DNA of 64,000 nt, taken from the NCBI GenBank assembly GCA_963667035.1, contig OY762964.1, positions 2,912,001-2,976,000 of the forward strand, read 5' to 3'. The notes beneath the pieces were generated by a model that searched no databases, was not told the DNA's origin, and was given only the letters and a program-made list of their open reading frames with translations. This DNA comes from Candidatus Cloacimonadales bacterium. Lineage in GTDB: Bacteria; Cloacimonadota; Cloacimonadia; Cloacimonadales; JAFGVF01. The stretch's first letter is position 1, and each line of letters begins with the position of its first letter. A program made the translations under genes and the position numbers. Of the stretch, positions 30,847 to 40,899 are shown piece after piece.

Positions 30847-31746
30847 TTAGAATTTATAGGATACACCAATCATGTTTACAGAATCAATTTCTTCAACGGC
30901 AGGAATGTAAGCGTAGTTAATATCAATCTTCTCTAACTTAATACCCGCACCGAATGAAAACTCTTCCGTATCATAATTAAATCTGTAACCTGTACGTAAG
31001 AAAAGGAGACCTCTATAACCACCTTCTACACCGAAAGCTGCTTTGAAATTATTATCCTTTTCCTGAGTTGCTTTTAGATCAGTGTTTATTACAAAACTTT
31101 CCATTTCCACAACATGAGTTATACCACCCTCCACAGTTAAGGGTAAATCAATTGATTCAGATTCCATCTTATTAGTCCCACCTAAGTGTTTAAGTGATAC
31201 GTAGGCATTAGTACCCCTGATTGGAGTTTTATAGATATATCCTAAGTCAAAAGAAGCTCCTGCACATGTTGAAGTGTCTAGTTTCTCATATATAAAGCTA
31301 CCGTTAACACCAATGTAATGGTTAGGATTTAATCTGAAAGCCCAGTTTAGAGTTAGTTGAAAATCAATTGGGTAGTAGTCATTAAAATAAGTTCCCACAT
31401 AGTCTCTACGCTCGAAATTACCGTAATCAAGATATTTAAAGCCAAGTCCTATATGGTGATTTCCTTTTGGATAAGTATAGGCTAAAGTTGTTAATGATGT
31501 GTCAAAAATCCAAAAGCTTTGATTTACGGATATTGATCTATTTTCGTTCATTAGACCTGCAGCTGCGTTATCCCAAAATACTGACCCGTTATCTGCAAAA
31601 AGCATACCTGTTCCCGCCATACCTGATTGAGAAGCATTAGGTGAAATCTGTAACATCTGAAATCCATTTTCACCTTCATAATCGGCTTGCAATAACACAA
31701 CCAATGTCAGAAAAAGACCTATTATAATTATTCTATGTATTCTCAT
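30847..31746 (-). CDS. PorV/PorQ-like (UPF0164) outer-membrane barrel
   Basis: Signal peptide; LQISPNA...GMA, FDLG..Y, LP, FLRTGY, G.GI and C-terminal VSYKF. Confidence 0.8.
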   Translation of the reverse strand: MRIHRIIIIGLFLTLVVLLQADYEGENGFQMLQISPNASQSGMAGTGMLFADNGSVFWDNAAAGLMNENRSISVNQSFWIFDTSLTTLAYTYPKGNHHIGLGFKYLDYGNFERRDYVGTYFNDYYPIDFQLTLNWAFRLNPNHYIGVNGSFIYEKLDTSTCAGASFDLGYIYKTPIRGTNAYVSLKHLGGTNKMESESIDLPLTVEGGITHVVEMESFVINTDLKATQEKDNNFKAAFGVEGGYRGLLFLRTGYRFNYDTEEFSFGAGIKLEKIDINYAYIPAVEEIDSVNMIGVSYKF

Positions 31747-31755
31747 TTATATCTC

Positions 31756-34700
31756 CTATTTCTCTATCGCAAATCTTAACTTTTTGGTCTCCCCTTCTGC
31801 TTGAAGAAGTATAAAGTAGACGCCTGAGCTAATCTTGTCTGCATTAAGCTTAACTTTGTCTATATTGCTCATGTAAGCTTGACACTCAATCTTTTCTGAA
31901 TAAATGCAGTTGCCTGCAATGTCAAATACTTTTATTTTAACTTTTGTTGTTTTACTAACCATCAGCTTTAAGAATAAAGCATCACTATAAACAGCTTTGT
32001 ATGGATTGGGATAGACATATACCTCTTCATTCACAAAGATGCTTTTCTGAGAATATCCGTTAACGTTTTCTTTACCTGTGTACGATGCAGTACGTTGTAA
32101 GTTTCCATATTCAGCATACCAGTAATCAGTGACATCAATATTTGTATTTTCTATTGCACTTCTGAATATTTTGCCGTTGTCAACTCCTGCCATTATATAT
32201 GTATTTCCGGAATTATCTTTATGTAAGAATGGGTATACTCTGCTTCTGTCAGCTAAATTCTTGGGGTATCCCTTCTTTACTTTATAATTATCTTCCCAGA
32301 CATACAGTCTATTTAATGAACAATTACCTATAATCTCCAGATTACCATCTCCATCAATATCAAGAGCGATAGCACTACCATTGATGTTCAGCGTATCGGG
32401 TATAGCCACTATTTCTTGACCTTGATTTAATAATTGACCATTATATCCGTATACGGCAACTCCATTCTCCCAGCCTGCAATAATATCGAGAGTTCCATTA
32501 TTATCCATATCTCCGAAAGAGAGTAAACCGGTTGACTCATTCGAGAGTTCTATAGGAGAATAGTTCCCTTTAGGACCTGTTTTCTCAGTAATATCTATAT
32601 AATCACTTTCTCCCCATGCATATACTTTATTCTTACATTGCACAACAAATCTGTCTTCTGATTCGCTACTGTTTATTGTAGCATGGAATAGAGCTATGAC
32701 TTCGTCTGTTGGGTTTACTACTGAAACATATTCCAGAGTTCTGTATTCATTATTGTATTCATAAATAACGCTTATTTCTGTATATGTACCTCTATCGATT
32801 AGGGCATAGATTTTGTTGTCACTCCATGCAAGATTAGTCATAATAGAATCTTCAAAAGATATGGTATTTTTTATCTCGAAATCTTTATTAAGTATAACTA
32901 CACTGCTTCCGGTATTATCCGTATGATTAAAGCCAAGAACATATTCGTTTGGAGTAACTATCGGAGGTCCTACCCAAGAACGGAAATTCTCACTATAAAC
33001 ATAACCGCTGTCAGGGGAGTCATGCTGTAAGTTAAAGAGAGATACAATATTTTCTCCGTATGGTATCAAGACTCGTCTATACTCTTTATCAACAGCATAT
33101 AATTTGTTTATTCTCGATGCTCCACCGGTAGGGAAACCGGGGAATAGTTCCTCGTTTTTCCACATATAAAGAGATCCATTTGGCATTGGATAGAAAATCT
33201 CTTCATTACCATCATTATCATAGTCAAAAGAAGAAGCGGGAATATCATTTACTCCTGTATAGTTAGTTGAAAGACTCCACCTGAATCTGACAGAAAAATA
33301 CATTGTATTACCTTGAGGGCTTATGTCATAGATCTCAAGGGGTACACCACCGTAATAGCTTCCGGCTGTCGGTTGAGAAATTACTCCATTGATGCTGTTA
33401 AACCCAAAATAGTCATTGTTCCCAGCTCTAAAACTGTCAAATGGACCACCGTACATATTAGGGTCAATTACGGCTGTGTCCAGGTTTTGTACTCCATCAG
33501 CTTCTTCAAGGTCTACTCCTTTGTGAGTTGCTATAGCGTTCACATGATTAACTTCATAATCAGGAGTAAAGAATTCATTAATTATAAGTTCATCTATATG
33601 CCAAACAAAGATTCCGCTATTATCTTGGAATGCATTACCAACTGCCGGGCCGCCTAGTCCCGGTAAAGCAATATCCCATTCGCAACCTTTGTATCTGTTT
33701 TCCATAAACATGAATTTAGGTTGTAACGGTGCATCCGGGTGATCCGGATCGGGAGGATAGTACTCTTGACCGTCAACAAGCTCAAAACTGAAAGAAGCAA
33801 TGCCATTATGAAAACTTCTATCAGGATTCTGTGAACGGCATTCTATTAAAAAATACTCTGTATCTGAGATTGGTATTTTATAAAGCTTCGGATTAATAGC
33901 ATTAATGTCAAGAATCTGGTCAATGTATACTTGTTCTTGATTAACTGTTAGCTCAACAGTGTTTTCCCAACCCAGATAATATCTGCACCAAGCTGAAGGT
34001 AGTGCCGGGATATAGCCGTTTCCGTTCCAAGAGCCACTTCCCATAATACCATAGTTTCCTATACCTTGGGACTTACCATTAGAGCTTACATTATCAAATA
34101 GAGTTGGTAATCCGAGTAGTTTGCCAAACTGATGAAGAACAACTCCGTAATTGCTAAATAGATAAGTGCTTGCTTCAGGTCCTTCAGTTGGGAAGTAATC
34201 TTGAAATTCTGATTCCGCCACAACTGCAAGTTCATTAATATAAACACCGTCATTGGTTAGTAACCCTTGATAGTCTTCATTATCAGGGTCGTTTACTTCT
34301 CTTAAATCTTTTTTACTAAGGAATGTGCTCCAGATTTCATCTGTTCTGATTCCATCGGTATCAGACTCTTGCCCTTGACCTGCATAAATAGCCATTAGAC
34401 CATCATATTCGGAAAAATCAATATCATCGTCTGTTTGCTCAAGGAGGTCTTCAAAGAATTGTACCATTCTTTCGTCATTGTTAGAGTCTCTACCATATTC
34501 TGCATAATTTCTGGGCATTATCACATTATGCTCGTAAAGACGGATATTTTCATAAAGCTCATAATTACCGTGTGAAGCATCACTCCAGTAATCCGAAACA
34601 TGAAGCATTAGCCTTTTGAAGTAACTATAATCGTGCGGTAAATAGTCAGGATAAGCCGATTCTTGAATAAATTGCTTATCGGGAAATTCTACAAGGAATA

Positions 34701-34875
34701 CCAGAATTGTTTCAGGTAACGGATCAGACTGTGATTTCTTTTGTAAATCAAATCTTTCTGATACCGAATTCTGTTTATAAGGGATTTCTCCTTTGTAAAG
34801 AGGATGTGGCGGGACAATTGCCACTAACAGAAGCCCTATGCTTAAAAACAGAATCGGAATAAATAATCTTTTCAT
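31756..34875 (-). CDS. Secreted M6-protease-like protein with a degenerate zinc site, FG-GAP repeats and a C-terminal secretion tail
   Basis: M6-like IDFSEYD, IWS, YGIMGSGSWNG, EYFLIE.R and GIFVWHID, but HQFGKLLGLPT replaces HExxHxxGxxD. Confidence 0.8.
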   Translation of the reverse strand: MKRLFIPILFLSIGLLLVAIVPPHPLYKGEIPYKQNSVSERFDLQKKSQSDPLPETILVFLVEFPDKQFIQESAYPDYLPHDYSYFKRLMLHVSDYWSDASHGNYELYENIRLYEHNVIMPRNYAEYGRDSNNDERMVQFFEDLLEQTDDDIDFSEYDGLMAIYAGQGQESDTDGIRTDEIWSTFLSKKDLREVNDPDNEDYQGLLTNDGVYINELAVVAESEFQDYFPTEGPEASTYLFSNYGVVLHQFGKLLGLPTLFDNVSSNGKSQGIGNYGIMGSGSWNGNGYIPALPSAWCRYYLGWENTVELTVNQEQVYIDQILDINAINPKLYKIPISDTEYFLIECRSQNPDRSFHNGIASFSFELVDGQEYYPPDPDHPDAPLQPKFMFMENRYKGCEWDIALPGLGGPAVGNAFQDNSGIFVWHIDELIINEFFTPDYEVNHVNAIATHKGVDLEEADGVQNLDTAVIDPNMYGGPFDSFRAGNNDYFGFNSINGVISQPTAGSYYGGVPLEIYDISPQGNTMYFSVRFRWSLSTNYTGVNDIPASSFDYDNDGNEEIFYPMPNGSLYMWKNEELFPGFPTGGASRINKLYAVDKEYRRVLIPYGENIVSLFNLQHDSPDSGYVYSENFRSWVGPPIVTPNEYVLGFNHTDNTGSSVVILNKDFEIKNTISFEDSIMTNLAWSDNKIYALIDRGTYTEISVIYEYNNEYRTLEYVSVVNPTDEVIALFHATINSSESEDRFVVQCKNKVYAWGESDYIDITEKTGPKGNYSPIELSNESTGLLSFGDMDNNGTLDIIAGWENGVAVYGYNGQLLNQGQEIVAIPDTLNINGSAIALDIDGDGNLEIIGNCSLNRLYVWEDNYKVKKGYPKNLADRSRVYPFLHKDNSGNTYIMAGVDNGKIFRSAIENTNIDVTDYWYAEYGNLQRTASYTGKENVNGYSQKSIFVNEEVYVYPNPYKAVYSDALFLKLMVSKTTKVKIKVFDIAGNCIYSEKIECQAYMSNIDKVKLNADKISSGVYFILLQAEGETKKLRFAIEK

Positions 34876-35202
34876 AACTTCTCCGAGTGTAATAATTCTC
34901 TATAAATAAAAAAGAAAAGAATAAATTCCGATAATATCTCCTATAATATATACTGATAAGTAATGATTTATCTTTAACTGATAATGGTCAAGTTTTTTGT
35001 CTGTTTTCAAATCATATTACCAATAATTAACTTATCCTTTTTCTTACTCTTCATTAATAAATATATTAATCCACATGTCAATTCCAAATATGCTATATTC
35101 ATGATTAATACATTCAGGAAACAAAATCTTACTAATCAATTGAATTCTTAGCTTAACTTTTCTTTTCTAATCTTAAAGGTATAACACTCATGTTATTTCA
35201 GC

Positions 35203-35242
35203 TTAACACATTATTAACACATAATCAACAAAGTTGTCAACA
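35203..35242 (+). promoter_or_regulatory. Candidate PHO-box-like tandem operator
   Basis: T[TC]AACA at 35203, 35214, 35225 and 35237 (11/11/12-bp period) upstream of a Na/Pi transporter. Confidence 0.45.
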
Positions 35243-35406
35243 TGTATTATAGCAGTCACTTATCCGAATAAGAACTGCATAAATATCTTAACTTTCTTAA
35301 CAATGGTAATTTTCAGTTTGACTATGTAGTCCTTTCATATACTAATGTTAACATTATGTTTGCTATTGGTTAAGTATCTGTAAATAGTAACCCCTAAAAA
35401 CAAAAA

Positions 35407-37101
35407 GTGAGTGAGGAAACTACATTGATTGGAAACATCATTCAGTCACTATTCCATATCTTGGGAGCACTAGGTGTTTTCTTGTTTGGAATGCATGTAA
35501 TGAGTAACGCAATCCAGAAGGTTGCGGGTAACAGAATGAAATCAATTCTAGGTTACATGACAAAGAATAGGTATATCGCTGTAATGACGGGTTTTATGAT
35601 TACAGCTTTAATCCAGTCTTCGTCAGCAACAACCGTGTTAGTTGTTAGCTTTGTTAATGCGGCCTTATTGAACCTTACGCAGGCAATCGGAGTTATAATG
35701 GGTGCCAATATCGGTACTACCGTTACAACATGGATTGTTTCTTTTATAGGTTTTAAGTTTAAAATATCAGCAATAAGTCTCCCGATTATCGGTGTTGGAT
35801 TACCTTTACTCTTCTCTAAAAGAGGTAAAAGTAAAGATTGGGGAGAAGTACTTATTGGTTTTGGACTCCTGTTCCTCGGGTTAGCTTTTCTTAAAGATTC
35901 AGTACCCGATATCAAGGCTCATCCGGAAGTTCTGGCTTTTGTATCAAACTGGACAGGAAAGGGCTTCTTATCGTATCTTATCTTTGTTACAATCGGCTCA
36001 ATTCTGACAGTTATTGTTCAATCTTCCAGTGCTGCAATGGCAATTACGGTTACTATGGCTTATAAGGGTTGGATTGATTTCCCGACTGCTGCTGCCGTTG
36101 TACTTGGAGAGAATATCGGAACAACGGTTACTGCCTATCTTGCATCCCTGGGAACGACAGTAAATGCAAGAAGAGCGGCAAGGGCTCACTTTATTTTTAA
36201 TGTGTTTGGTGTCGTCTGGATAAGTTTTGTTTTCAAATGGTTCTTACAGCTGGTTTTAAAACTCACTCCTTGGGATGAGACTATTGCAACAAATCTCCCG
36301 CTAAACCTATCTCTATTCCACACTCTTTTTAATATTACCAACACATTTTTTTGTATCTGGTTTGTTAAATACTTTGCAATCATTGTTGAGAAGCTTGTTA
36401 AACCCGGTAAAGCCGACGAGGAATCTGTACAATATTCTCTGCAATATCTGAATTCCGGTATTGTCGATACGGCTGGATTGAATATTGAAACAGCCAGACT
36501 TGAGATAAACAAGATGGCAGAGATAGTGGAAGAAGCATTCAATAACTGTATTAGCCTTTTCTCCAATCCTCAAAAGAAGATGGGGGATGTTGCTAAAAAG
36601 GTACGTAGGGCTGAAGAGCTGACAGACGTTATGAACGAAGAGATTTGTGCTTATCTTATTCAATGCTCCAAGCATACCGTGAACGATCAGGAAACTCTTA
36701 ACATTAATGCTATGATTCGTATCACAAGTGAACTTGAAAGCATAGCCGATAGTATTTTCCGTCTTTTACTCCTGTTCCAAAAGATGTATGATAGAAAGCT
36801 AAATCTTCCTGCAAAGGAGATGAAAGAGATTGAGGATTTTGCAGATATTATCAAACGTTTCATAGAATTCTATAAATCGCATCTTATTGAGCATATCACA
36901 AAGACAGATTTCAGACTTGCCAATGAGCTTGAGACGAAAGTCGATATGTCTCGCGATACTTTAAAGAAAGCTGCCAGATCAAGACTAAAAGAGGGTGCAG
37001 ATGTGTATACAGGGATTTTATATATTGATATTCTCAAGCACATGGAACATATCGGTGACTATGCTTTAAACATTTCTGAAGCACTTAGAACTTATAATTA
37101 A
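35407..37101 (+). CDS. Na/Pi cotransporter family protein with PhoU-like C-terminal domains
   Basis: Two QSSSA repeats, GANIGTT/GENIGTT, and ELESIAD/EHIGDYA.N PhoU-like motifs. Confidence 0.92.
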   Translation: MSEETTLIGNIIQSLFHILGALGVFLFGMHVMSNAIQKVAGNRMKSILGYMTKNRYIAVMTGFMITALIQSSSATTVLVVSFVNAALLNLTQAIGVIMGANIGTTVTTWIVSFIGFKFKISAISLPIIGVGLPLLFSKRGKSKDWGEVLIGFGLLFLGLAFLKDSVPDIKAHPEVLAFVSNWTGKGFLSYLIFVTIGSILTVIVQSSSAAMAITVTMAYKGWIDFPTAAAVVLGENIGTTVTAYLASLGTTVNARRAARAHFIFNVFGVVWISFVFKWFLQLVLKLTPWDETIATNLPLNLSLFHTLFNITNTFFCIWFVKYFAIIVEKLVKPGKADEESVQYSLQYLNSGIVDTAGLNIETARLEINKMAEIVEEAFNNCISLFSNPQKKMGDVAKKVRRAEELTDVMNEEICAYLIQCSKHTVNDQETLNINAMIRITSELESIADSIFRLLLLFQKMYDRKLNLPAKEMKEIEDFADIIKRFIEFYKSHLIEHITKTDFRLANELETKVDMSRDTLKKAARSRLKEGADVYTGILYIDILKHMEHIGDYALNISEALRTYN

Positions 37102-37118
37102 TAAAAAGAAGATAAACA

Positions 37119-37152
37119 AAAAGCCCCGATTTCTTAGGAATTAGGGGCTTTT
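37119..37152. terminator. Bidirectional intrinsic terminator between the Na/Pi gene and hsdR
   Basis: AAAAGCCCC...GGGGCTTTT. Confidence 0.75.
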
Positions 37153-37201
37153 CTGTTTTTATAGTATCAATTATTTATGGCTATACCATATTATCTTTAA
37201 T

Positions 37202-40069
37202 CTACCTTACACTTATACCTGTAAAGAATGTCTCCACATAACTAAGGATTTTACTCGTAACTCTCTCCGCTACATTTTTTCGCTCTTTTAACTTTGGTCT
37301 TTGATTCATTGTTGCAATTATATCATCTCTAAGCGGTTCTTTCTCTGTAAAGATGTAATTACTTATCAACTCATTCAATTTATTGTTATCCAATCCCTCT
37401 GTTTTACTTAGTTCGTAAATCGCCTTCTCTTTTTCTTGCTCTACAAATGCTTCGAACTCATCAGGGATTGAGTCTGAGTCAGTTATAAATGGTAAGTTTT
37501 CTTGGATAAACTTCTCTATCAACTCTCGCTTACTTCTGAGAGTTGTTTCACTGGCAAGTAAATCGGTAACGGCATTACGCTGTTTCTCTTGTTCTTCTTT
37601 AGGGGCATCTTTCAGTTTAGCCAATAGTTTCAGTATATATGCAACATTAATCTCGTCTCGATGTATTAGTTCCAATTCAAAGTCAATATCCTCTAATATC
37701 GAAAACTTCTCAACTTCATGTGATGATTTTGCTTTATCATAAAGGTCAAGATATTTGGATTTATAATCCTCAAAGGTTTGATGAGTCATTGAAAGGTCAT
37801 TCCAGTTAAACTCAGTAAAAGTAGTGAGTACATTTTTTAATCGCATTAGCTCTCTAAATGCTTTAATAAACTCTAATTCCTCTTCCTCGTCTTTGAGGTT
37901 ACTGACGCTATTAACAGTCGGTGTTATTTGAAGTATTGTTATAAATGCTTTGTTAAAAATCTCAACATACTCATCATAAGGTTTTATCACAATCTCAGCA
38001 TCATTATCTTTCGTTGAGAACATTTGTATTGCTTCATCTGTTGCAATTTTCAGGTTTCTGAAACAGACTATATTACCTTGTGATTTTGTGTCATTGATAA
38101 TTCTATTTGTTCGTGAATATGCCTGTATCAATCCGTGATATCTTAGATTCTTATCAACATAAAGTGTATTAAGTGTCTTGCAATCAAATCCGGTAAGGAA
38201 CATATTTACAACAAGTAGGACATCAATTTGTTTCTGCTTAACTCGCTTTGCTACATCATTGTAGTAGTTAAAGAAGCTTTGACTGTCCTTAGTAGTGAAG
38301 TTAGTACTATATTGCCTATTGTAATGTCCTATAAACTCTTCCAAACTATCTCGCGAATGTTTAGAGTTATAGATATAGTAGTCCTCGGCAGCCCTTTGTT
38401 CTTTCTCTGCTTGGAACTCATCGTCAATAAAAGCACTACCAATTGCATCTTTATCATCCTCATTTGTCTTATAAGTGAAGATTGTAGCTATTCTAAGCTT
38501 ATGCAGTCCTTCTTCTCTCTTCTGTAGGAACAGCTTATAATACTCAATCAAAGCAGGTATACTTGAAACGGCAAAGATACTTGTAAACTCTTGATTATGA
38601 GTCTTGCGTTTATGGTTCGTAATTATGTAGTCGGTAATCTTATCCAAGCGTATTGGTGATTGCATTACTTCAGCTCTATTGATGTCTTCAACACTTATAT
38701 CTACAATCTTATCCTTCATCTTGAAAGTTCTTATATATTCTACAGAGAATTTAAGAACATTCTCATCTCTTATTGCGTCAGTGATTACATATTGATGAAG
38801 GCATTCAGTAAATAGAGTTGCAGTGGTTCGTTTCCCATATTCATTTGTTCCTGCATTCTTAGTAAAGATAGGGGTTCCCGTAAAGCCAAACATCTGAGCT
38901 TTTCTGAAGAATTCTTTTATCGCTTCATGGGTTCTACCAAACTGTGAACGATGGCACTCGTCAAAGATAAACACAATCCGTTTCTCTTTGAGGGGTTCCA
39001 TTCTTTTCAAGTAGTGTTTCTTGCTAATTGCGTTGTTCAGTTTTTGGATAGTAGTAACAATCAGCTTTTCATCACCCGCCATCTGCTTAACAAGAGTGTT
39101 AGTATTATTAGTACTATCAATACAGCCTTTATTGAAAGCGTTAAACTCTTTGGTTGTCTGGTAATCTAAATCACGTCTATCAACAACAAACACAACCTTA
39201 TGTATTTTGGGTAAGCTTGTCAGTATTTGTGCTGTTTTAAATGAAGTAAGAGTTTTGCCTGAACCGGTTGTATGCCAGATATACCCGTTTTTAGTAGTGC
39301 ATTTAACTCTTTCAATTATCTTCTCAACTGCATAGAACTGATAAGGTCTAAGCACCATTAATACCCTGTCCGATTCATGAATAACGATATACTTGGTTAT
39401 CATCTTAGAGATGTGGCAAGGTTCTAAGAAGATATTAGCAAAGTCAGAGAGCTGTGGTATATGCTTATTATTCTCATCACTCCAGTAGAAAGTTTGTTTA
39501 AATGACCTTGCTTTTATCGGATTATTAGCATAATACTTTGTATTTACACCATTACTAATCACAAATATCTGTAGAAACTGGAACAATCCATGTCCTGCCC
39601 AGAAAGAATGGCGTTGATATCTATTAGTTTGATTGAAAGCTTCTTTCAGTTCAAGCCCACGCCGCTTAAGCTCTATCTGTACAAGTGGTAATCCATTAAT
39701 GAGGATAGTGACATCATACCGATTCTTAAACTTACCTTCCATCGTTACCTGACGAGTAACCTGAAACTCGTTCTGACACCAATGGATTTGATTGATAAGC
39801 TCAATCGTCTTTGACTCACCTTTGTCATTTGTATATGGAACTCTATCACGCAAAATCTTAGCTCTATTAAAGATATTACCCTTGTTAATGTAGTTCAAGA
39901 TTTGTTTAAACTCATTATCGGAGAGCTCAACCTTATTGTGAATCTCTAGTTGAGACTTAAGGTTAGCTATAAGCTCTTTTTCGTCTCGAATCGCAATGCT
40001 CTTATATCCCAACTCTACGAGTTGCTTAATAAGGTTCTCTTCTAATATCTGTTCAGGTTGTGTGTTCAT
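37202..40069 (-). CDS. hsdR: Type I restriction enzyme R subunit
   Basis: RYDVTILINGLPLVQIELK nuclease motif; WHTTGSGKT, DECHRSQFG, FTGTP, MFLTGFD and QAYSRTNR. The start is most likely MNTQPE at 40069; the longer ORF reads through a REP module. Confidence 0.95.
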   Translation of the reverse strand: MNTQPEQILEENLIKQLVELGYKSIAIRDEKELIANLKSQLEIHNKVELSDNEFKQILNYINKGNIFNRAKILRDRVPYTNDKGESKTIELINQIHWCQNEFQVTRQVTMEGKFKNRYDVTILINGLPLVQIELKRRGLELKEAFNQTNRYQRHSFWAGHGLFQFLQIFVISNGVNTKYYANNPIKARSFKQTFYWSDENNKHIPQLSDFANIFLEPCHISKMITKYIVIHESDRVLMVLRPYQFYAVEKIIERVKCTTKNGYIWHTTGSGKTLTSFKTAQILTSLPKIHKVVFVVDRRDLDYQTTKEFNAFNKGCIDSTNNTNTLVKQMAGDEKLIVTTIQKLNNAISKKHYLKRMEPLKEKRIVFIFDECHRSQFGRTHEAIKEFFRKAQMFGFTGTPIFTKNAGTNEYGKRTTATLFTECLHQYVITDAIRDENVLKFSVEYIRTFKMKDKIVDISVEDINRAEVMQSPIRLDKITDYIITNHKRKTHNQEFTSIFAVSSIPALIEYYKLFLQKREEGLHKLRIATIFTYKTNEDDKDAIGSAFIDDEFQAEKEQRAAEDYYIYNSKHSRDSLEEFIGHYNRQYSTNFTTKDSQSFFNYYNDVAKRVKQKQIDVLLVVNMFLTGFDCKTLNTLYVDKNLRYHGLIQAYSRTNRIINDTKSQGNIVCFRNLKIATDEAIQMFSTKDNDAEIVIKPYDEYVEIFNKAFITILQITPTVNSVSNLKDEEEELEFIKAFRELMRLKNVLTTFTEFNWNDLSMTHQTFEDYKSKYLDLYDKAKSSHEVEKFSILEDIDFELELIHRDEINVAYILKLLAKLKDAPKEEQEKQRNAVTDLLASETTLRSKRELIEKFIQENLPFITDSDSIPDEFEAFVEQEKEKAIYELSKTEGLDNNKLNELISNYIFTEKEPLRDDIIATMNQRPKLKERKNVAERVTSKILSYVETFFTGISVR

Positions 40070-40085
40070 ATATCTCTCTTTTTTT

Positions 40086-40203
40086 ACTGGGTACGCCGGC
40101 ATCCTGCCGGCACCACTGGGTTCGCGAACATCCCTGTTCGCTCTCCTCCCGGCAAGATGCCGGGGCACCCGGTTAATGCGAGCTGGAAGCTCGCGTACCC
40201 GGT
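40086..40203. repeat. 118-bp four-hairpin REP module, copy A (between RAYT and hsdR)
   Basis: Two forward CTGGGT[AT]C+hairpin units and two inverted units; 112/118 identical to copy B. Confidence 0.92.
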
Positions 40204-40742
40204 CACAATAACTGCCTTCTATTCTTCTCAATATATTCTATAGTCGCTTGATAATGCTTATCATCTCTAATGTACCTATCATAGTAATCCCTCATCCAGA
40301 AAGCTCCATGTCGTTTTAACACCTTATTAGCTTCATTTGCAGTAAAAGATTTCCACGAATGTACAATCTTTGTCAAACTATAATTAGGGTTAACTCTAAT
40401 CAATACATGCACATGATTAGGCATTACAACCCAATCTATTAACTCATACTTATCTTTATCATGAAACTTTAAAGCATTCTCTACAATCTTAGCTATTTCG
40501 TTACTCTTAAGATAGCAAGCCCCATAACCTTTATCTAAGAACTTAATAATCTTCTTTTGAAGTTTAATATACTCTTCAGAGCCTTTTAGAGTATCGTCAG
40601 TAATAAACAGCTCATCCTTCCAGCTTTGGATTAAATCATTAGGTACAGAGTCATGTAATCGGAAAGTAATAAACTGATAAATCTCGCCACCATCGAAGTG
40701 GGGTGCATATCCTCTGGAGTGCCATCCCTTCAATTCATCCAT
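40203..40742 (-). CDS. REP-associated tyrosine transposase (RAYT, HUH/Y1 family)
   Basis: GWHSRGY.PHFD, FITFRL.DS, VMPNHVH (HUH), IVHSWKSFTA and FW.RDYYDRYIR...YI; GGAGG RBS; flanked by palindromic REPs. Confidence 0.9.
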   Translation of the reverse strand: MDELKGWHSRGYAPHFDGGEIYQFITFRLHDSVPNDLIQSWKDELFITDDTLKGSEEYIKLQKKIIKFLDKGYGACYLKSNEIAKIVENALKFHDKDKYELIDWVVMPNHVHVLIRVNPNYSLTKIVHSWKSFTANEANKVLKRHGAFWMRDYYDRYIRDDKHYQATIEYIEKNRRQLL

Positions 40743-40762
40743 TTATTACCTCCTTTTTACTC

Positions 40763-40894
40763 ACTGGGTACGCTTCACTGGGTACGTCGGCATCTTGCTG
40801 GCACCACTGGGTTCGCGAACATCCCTGTTCGCTCTCCTCCCGGCAGGATGCCGGGGTACCCGGTTATTGCGAGCTGGAAGCTCGCGTACCCGGT
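40763..40894. repeat. REP module, copy B (core 40777-40894 plus a partial leader unit), direct repeat of copy A
   Basis: Same four hairpins as copy A; lies 5 bp from the hsdS stop codon. Confidence 0.92.
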
Positions 40895-40899
40895 ATAAC

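Noticed and set aside
40070..40231. 54-aa N-terminal extension of HsdR in the ORF track
   Set aside because: It is a read-through of GC-rich REP copy A from a non-ATG start overlapping RAYT; typical HsdR sequence begins at MNTQPE (40069).
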